DNA of 56,542 nt, filler included, from Platydemus manokwari (taxonomy: Eukaryota): assembly GCA_037951405.1 (NCBI GenBank). It is 4 parts of 4 records of this genome, joined end to end, with 100 filler letters (N's around TTAATTAATTAA, not from the genome) between each part and the next. Parts side by side here need not be neighbours in the genome. Positions count along the whole stretch, not along the records: positions 46,515 to 56,542 come from JBBMOY011177544.1; 3 more parts are not named here. The stretch is one strand, 5' to 3'. The notes under the pieces were generated by a model. That model did no database searches. It was not told the origin of the DNA and worked only from the letters and a program-made list of their open reading frames with translations. Of the stretch, positions 49,601-56,542 are shown in pieces. A program made the translations under genes and the position numbers. Numbering within the stretch: position 1 is the stretch's first letter; every line of letters begins with the position of its first letter.

Positions 49601-50477
49601 AATAATAATTATTATTATCATTATTATTATTGTTATTTTATGTTAAACTTTACAAATTTATTTGAGTTGTTGGTTCCAAGAAAATTTATATTTCTCTGAA
49701 TAGTACTAATCAGTACTTACACAAACGACTCTAAAACTTAACAAAATACTCAATAAATCAATATAAAACAACGGCATGAGACTTGGCTTCCATCTGACAG
49801 TTGCTCATCTTTACATCAGTATTTATACTTGGGATTTGTACATAATTTGTGTATCAAGTCTTGACCTGATCTTTTATTTCTCAATTTCAATTAGTTTTAT
49901 TGACCTTATGTGATCGGAACTGTTAAATATCTATGTGTGTGCTATTATGTAGTTATATTCATTTTTCGAATTAAAATTTTCAATTTAAGTCTTCCGTGAT
50001 TGGTGGATTGCCCACATGTATTGTTGTGTAGGCCAACAATGCTTAAAGTGCTAAAATGAGGGTTTCAATGTGCAAAATCGATTTTAGATTTCGAGATTTT
50101 GTCTTCACTCAATAATGCATCCAAATAAATATATTTTATTTACTATTTCCTGAAGCTTTGAAAGAGTTATTAAAATGATTTACCAGATTCAAAGAATATT
50201 CAGAATGCCAATACAAACGTGTTATCTAAGAAAATTTATTAATTTTAAAATGCCATGGAAATAGCAAATTGTTTTCTCAAATATCAAGATAAAAGAAGAA
50301 ATAGTGAACCAATAGTGTTAGTATGAGGACTTATAATGAATGGAATTTTGTATAATTTTGAATTCAGATTTTTAGAAAAAGTAGATTTTTTCGAATAATT
50401 GTAAATAGAATATCATTTGGTGTCTTGAGTCAGTTTCCAAAGCGTGCTTCATTAAATCGATTCTGAGAATATCGATG

Positions 50478-50760
50478 AAACGGAAGGATAGAAGAGAAAG
50501 GGTGGAGATTCAAATGTACAGAAGATATATAGATTGCAAGTGTATAGGAGTAATACTGAAGAAAAAGTGAATATATAAAGAAGATATAAAGAAGATAAAT
50601 ATATATGATATATAGAGACTTATATAGAGACGATATATAGATAATATAATGTTGAGGAGAAATAAAAAATTTTAAACTGATAAATATCTGGAGAATTTGA
50701 TGCAGAGATAATGAAGAAGTTAGATAAAATCAAGAATTTTAAAGATAGAGGGATGAGAGA
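50478..50760. repeat. Purine-skewed low-complexity tract
   Basis: Almost C-free GA/AT-rich sequence with degenerate repeats (gaagatataaa, tatatagagac). Confidence 0.55.
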
Positions 50761-53700
50761 ACTTATTATTTTAAAGTCATATTTTTATAAAAAAATAATT
50801 GGTTTGAATAACTGTAATTAAAATATAATTTGGTTTCGTGATTTTTCAATTGGTTTCCAGAGCATGCTTGATGGCTATAGTTGATATTAGAATCGGTATT
50901 AACATCATATTGACTGTCACTTTATTATTTGGACTGAATTGTAATGTATTGAGATATTATGGATTTAGGTGTCTAAATCAATAACACACCTTTACTAAGT
51001 TCGAATGATTTCCATTTTTTCCCAAATAGTTTCTACTTGCCTAAGATTTCTTGCACCTTCACCTATCAATTATTGGATCTTTCATTACCATAAATGTGGT
51101 TTTTCTTTTTCAAATATTCATTTCCAAATTGTTGTCTCTTTTTCATTGTGAAAATAAGAAGACTGTTCTCAGGAGACTGATATCTATTCTGAGATTCGTT
51201 GAGATTGAAGCTTTTATAGGAACTTTCACTTTCATGGATTTATTTTTAATTTTTATCCTTTAACATTTAATAGAACATATGTGCATACCATAGATAATCG
51301 ATAACCAATCAATAAAAGGAATTGTTATAACTACCACATCACGTTATAATCAGTTATAAGAGTTATAACGATTGGTTACAGGGGTTTATGTGATAGAAAT
51401 ACTGATACGACATTGCTATGTCAGTTTATGTCAATTTCTATATAATTCATGAGTATCTATCATATGAACATGTTTGTTTCATGTCAGGAATTACCATCTT
51501 TCAGTTTTAACATATTTCAAATATTATATTTTTATAATTCTAAAATAATTTTGAAAATTATAACTTTTGGCCATAATGTTATAAATATGGCCTGCATATT
51601 ATGAATTTATCATATGTGGAGATCATAAGAATCATGAAATGCTCAGTAAAATTTGACTTAAAAATGCCAGCGAAAGGCAATAACTATAAGATTGATGTTA
51701 TCTAATTATTTTTTATAATTACTCGAGTAAATAGTATATCATATGTGACATTCAATTAAAACAAAAGTTATTATTAATTATTTATAATTTAAAAAAAATT
51801 TAGCTTTTATCATAAATTTTTTTTCAATGTTTTTTTTCAAATTTCTGCTAGTATGATCGATTTATAATAATTTAAGCAAAATAACTAATAGATAAATCGA
51901 TACTTATTTAATATTTATAAAATTAAAAATTCTGAAAATTTCTGATAAATTCTAATTTCCAGAATTGTTTTATCTGAATGAGCGATTTAGCTTAATTATA
52001 CAAAATAATTGTGTCAATTTAAATCTAATAAAAAATTAAAAAACTTATTTATATTTTGGTTAAATAAACGGATGACTGCAACGAAATTTTTCATTTGATG
52101 ATGGAAATTCAAAAAATCGGTTAAACAAGTGAGAAGTATTAACTTGTTGGGGTTTTGACCAAATGATTAATTCAAACTAAACTTTCTGCAGCTTCGTATA
52201 ACAATTTTTATAACAATAATTCCTTATCAATGACATACGTATTATTTAATCAATGTGTATTTTCTATATCGTAACAACACTTCATTGAAATCAGCTTAAA
52301 ATAGTATAATATATTAGTATTTATAATAATTATTATCTATAAATATGTAAAATAATAATATCAATAAAACTCACCTAGAACAAACCCATTGAAATTCTCT
52401 AAATAATAAATAAATTAAAAAATAACAAACTGTCAAATATTATCGCGCAATAAAATCGTCAAATAAGTTACCACCTATTATTGTGCACAATAAATACACT
52501 AAAAAAATATGATGTGTTGGGTGCTATCGAGTGCTCCTTTTAAGGGACCGGTCATATTCTATTTGAGACAAAAATCACAGTGCGATCAAAATAATGATTT
52601 GACAAAAACTCTTATTTAATTTGTTAATACCTTTTCAAAAGATCTTGTAAACTATCTTGGGTCCGGAGAAATATGAATTAAAATTACTTGATTACATTTT
52701 TCCCTGAACAAGATTTTCAAATGTGGGAAAATTTGTAAAATTCTTGTGCTCTGATAATAATATATAATTTCCATTTATGAAAATCAAACGAGTCCTTGTA
52801 ATTTGAAGGCTACTTATTTGTTATGACGCCTTTGTCAATGAGGCTTTGTTTTTTCCAATGTGTTAAAGTGTACTGTTCTTTTTGTTTATGTATGTTTTCG
52901 GTTTTCTTTGCCTGTGCCTGATCATCAGTCGAAGTGATTTCTTTATGCAGAGGGAAATTTGTATCAATTTATGTAAAAATTAATTTCGTGACTCATATGT
53001 CAAACTCTGATATAGTAATTAAAATTGTTAAGCCATAAAAATTCAGGATGTACGTTGAATTTAATTATCGTTATATTTTATTGATGAGAATATTTAATAA
53101 ACAATGTTGTAAAAATTCATCCTAATAATTTTAAGTTTATTTCAAAAAAGTAGATGCAAAGATCAAAAACAAAACTGACATGATGATTTTAACTCAACTA
53201 TTATAAAATGATAAAAGTAAGTTTATACTGGAGCTTATCTAAGTTGGTCTGTTTGTATCTAAAAACATTTAAAGCTTAAATTAAAAATAGCTGGAAACGA
53301 ATAGCTCAAAGAACTTAGCATCGTAAAAATCGAGACCGTTGCACAAGTTGTACAGAATTACAAATCTTTTGAATTGATCCGGAAAATAATGCCAGATTTT
53401 TCAATTACAATCCCATGTTATAGACACCGAAAAAAAAACCAATATAGTTTGCAATTTCATTCACTGATTTATTAACAATCAAAATCAATAACGATAAATA
53501 TTTTTCAACTTAAGCTGCTAAGACTGATGTTTTTATTCATACATTAAAAATATTTTTGTTTATAACTGGTAGTTTTGACTATAAACACAATTACTAAGTT
53601 GAAAACTACAAAACATTCAAAGACAAATTCAAAAATGTATTTCAAATAAACATAATAAACGATTTATATTTCAAATAGAATTTTTGAACGTTAGAAACCC

Positions 53701-54395
53701 CATAGCATAGAAAATATTAATTATTTTTATTTATTAAAATCGAAAATCTTTATTGCATTTATCATTGCTCAAATACAATCTGCAGTGTGCGTAATTATGC
53801 ATCGATTCCGATTTAGATTTTATAAATACATATCAATGTGATTTATTGACAGAACGTCTAACAAATAGCAACGTTTGCAAGGTAACATCTGCTAGGTATC
53901 GAATGTGGATAGAACATCTAAAATAGGAAAATCACCGCATGTCCAGAAGACCGAATTCTAATGTTACACTCATATTCGATTTATAGTCAAATCATAAGGC
54001 AATTTATAAATCGAAAAACAATTGCGAAAATCACTCCCAGTCAGTTACTGATCCCAAAAGCAATTCTAGTTATCCAACAAACATACATTTAAGAATTTTA
54101 AAGATGAAAAAAAAATATTCTAAAAATGTCAAATTAATCAATGATTGAAGTCAATTAGTTAAAATTTATGATTTCACACCTTTCACCACACAGATATATA
54201 TATATCGGTATAATCAATAAATATATTAATGATAAATTCGATTTAAAAAATAAGTGCATTCAAAAACTAAATATTTAAAACAACTAAATTTCCAATCATA
54301 TCACCAATACAGTCATATAATAATAATTATTATTATTTATGTATAAAACGTAGCGCACAATCAGATATATCTTTTAGAAAGATATGTTGTTCGTT

Positions 54396-55326
54396 TTATT
54401 TTTTCTTTGATCTGTTGGGAGTATTGGTATTTGTCATAGTAACTGGAACATGGTTACGGTTATTGAAAACTGAAATAATAATTCACATAAAACAATCAAC
54501 CAATCAAATCAATTTCAAATATTGAATCTTACTTCTTGGTGGCAAGTTGACCATTGGATGATATCCTCGAACATTATAGTCCTAACAAAATGAATGCAAT
54601 TAAACGAAATCGATTTTAATCTAATAGAATATTCATACTACAAAGGGATATTGCGGTAAACTATTCGGTGCATTGGATCTCAAACGTATATTGGCATCAT
54701 TATTATAATGTTGATGAATCGGGTGCATTTGACGATTCTGATTGAATTGCTTAATGGGTCGATTAGTTGAGAAAAATGATTTTCGATAAAGAAAATATCA
54801 AAAACCTGTTGTTGATGCATCATCATTTGGGCATTATTATGTTGCGGTACCGGTGACATTTTAGCTGATTGTCGATGATTGACATTGTTTTGAAATTCTG
54901 GATAATATTGTTTATTATTATTATTGATCTTCGGTACGGAATCAATTGGAAAGACACACATGTTATTATTTGATCCATTTTTAAGAAGAGTATTTAATTT
55001 TTTCTCAATTAACTGATCCTTGCCCACCAAAACTGGAAGGATAATCTAGAATGAGGTTTGGATAACAAAACGAAAAATCATCAAAGACAATCTAAGATTA
55101 CAGTATGGTCCCCATATTTCATTTTGATTGGCACAACTGAATATTGATTGATATCTCCTTTAAAGGCTTTCAGCGGTATGTTAACCATATTCATCTTCTC
55201 TGATTCAGCATTGTCATTAAATTCCGATTGTAAATAAAAATGATTGATAATTTCAGACTGTTTGAATTGAAGTGTAGGCGGTAATTCCGGTAGACTTGAT
55301 TGATTTATACCAGGTTTGGCTAACAT
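54396..55326 (-). CDS. Uncharacterised 232-aa protein with Q/N/P-rich C-terminal half; 5 exons: 55102-55326, 54806-55045, 54639-54749, 54533-54581, 54396-54469
   Basis: ATG at 55326. Four GT-AG introns of 56, 56, 57 and 63 nt (matching the local modal size) give an uninterrupted 699-nt frame MLAKPGINQSS...KYGDHT|IILPVLVGKD...MMMHQQQ|QFNQNRQMHP...QYPFV|DYNVRGYHP...|...PNRSKKK*. No family recognised. Confidence 0.8.
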
Positions 55327-55787
55327 AGAATTTTAGAGATTTGATTTTTTTGTTATTTAAATATTTTTTAAATATTTTTTGAATTTAGAAAAGCACACAC
55401 ACAAACACGAAATCACAATAATAAAGAAGCAAGTAATAATTGTCTATTTCAATTTAATTTTTTTCTTTGTAGGACTATTTCTGTCTTTGAATTTCTCTGC
55501 AAGAAAAAACCAGAAAATAGATACGAAAAGAATTCATAAAAACATCGTTAAACAGATGATAAAAACGTCACTTTTGTGACTGAAATATACTTTGAAAGAG
55601 GAAGCACCGTAAAAGCATTAAGAGAATCGTTTTCATATGATGGCAAATATCAAGTTCAAAGTTCAAAAATTAATTTTAAATTCATAATTTTTTATAATAT
55701 ATTTAATTGGTTTAAATAGGAGAACTTTTACGGTACCCCCTCCCCATAAATACAATTCGAAAAATGAATAATTACTAACTCGGTGTT

Positions 55788-55928
55788 TGTTTGGTTGAAA
55801 TTCCCGGACAGTCTCTAGCAATATGATTTGCTTTATTACAATTGAAGCACACTCGACCATTGGTACTGTCTGGTTGTAAACTTGTTGGTTCAAATAACAT
55901 TAAATGCACTGAATCCGGTCTGGCTCTG
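55788..55928 (+). pseudogene. Possible Sushi/CCP-domain exon relic
   Basis: SGCKLVGSNNIKCTESGL resembles CxxGYxLxGxxxIxCxxxGxW and is followed by a GT donor. There is an in-frame stop upstream and the conserved W is absent. Confidence 0.3.
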
Positions 55929-56446
55929 GTAGGAAAATACAATTTTAAGATAAAACCATTTTTACTAGTTTTTATTTAATAAGATATCAGTCTAAAAATC
56001 TCACAAAACTAAATATTTAAAAAACGTTACCGATTGTAAACTGTTTTGATTAAATAGACATTAACGCACAAAAATGGAATGATTTGTTTAAATTAACATA
56101 GCAAATGAAGTAAATAGGTGAATATTTATTTCTTATAATTTTAACACACAGATATTTATGATTTATAGAAAGCAACAATAGGAATAATATAATCAAAAAA
56201 GAACACCGTCTGTATCATCTTGATAATAAACAAAGTGAGAATATGAGTTAAAATTCAAAAATAATTACCAATAACTGGTTAATGTAAATCTATTACAGAA
56301 TATTAGTTCTAATTTACTTTATATTACAAGTTCTACAAATAACCATATGCCTCAAATAAATACTTGACTTCAACAATATTTTATAGACAAGGAATTGTAA
56401 TATCATGCAAATCAATAAATTATTAGAAACTAATCATAAAACTATT

Positions 56447-56542
56447 TGTGCCCTTGATTATGAATGTGGTATAAGTCATATATTTCTTGTTTGGAGATAT
56501 TAAGGGATTTGCATGTTAAAGAATTAAAAAATATTTGTGTAT
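56447..56542 (+). repeat. Young interspersed repeat end, copy C
   Basis: TGTGCCCTTGATTATGAATGTGG..., near-identical to copies A and B; runs to the window end. Confidence 0.9.

Noticed and set aside
1-56542. Alternative genetic code, CRISPR arrays, tRNA/rRNA genes, prokaryotic operons
   Set aside because: Intact genes use the standard code with TAA/TGA stops, and in-frame stops are confined to decayed elements. No repeat-spacer array or recognisable structural RNA gene was seen.

Overview
This is AT-rich eukaryotic (animal) genomic DNA, not prokaryotic, so the supplied ORF track mostly captures exon fragments and antisense shadows. The window is four contigs (1-17855, 17956-27857, 27958-46414, 46515-56542) joined by artificial 100-nt spacers (N44-TTAATTAATTAA-N44). 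I reconstructed four spliced minus-strand genes by hand from GT-AG sites and reading phase: (1) a complete 6-exon CCT2 (531 aa); (2) a 5'-incomplete Goliath/RNF130/RNF150 PA-TM-RING-H2 ligase; (3) a 5'-truncated TRPM channel of at least 20 exons with a C-terminal NUDT9-homology domain whose Nudix box is degenerate; (4) a 5-exon, 232-aa gene with a Q/N/P-rich C-terminus that I cannot assign to a family. The rest is mostly decayed mobile DNA: two mariners with TIRs, hAT relics, non-LTR and LTR/DIRS relics, and a young repeat at three sequence ends. There is also an intronless, Cys-rich ~2.3-kb ORF relic ending in a Ulp1/C48 protease about 400 bp upstream of CCT2. Modal introns of 43-63 nt, AT richness and the TE mix fit a free-living flatworm (planarian), but that is inference only. 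The best leads are the Ulp1-protease element, the pseudo-Nudix TRPM with a possible GT-AT intron, and the unassigned Q/N-rich gene. I see no firm evidence for a wholly new multi-gene system.
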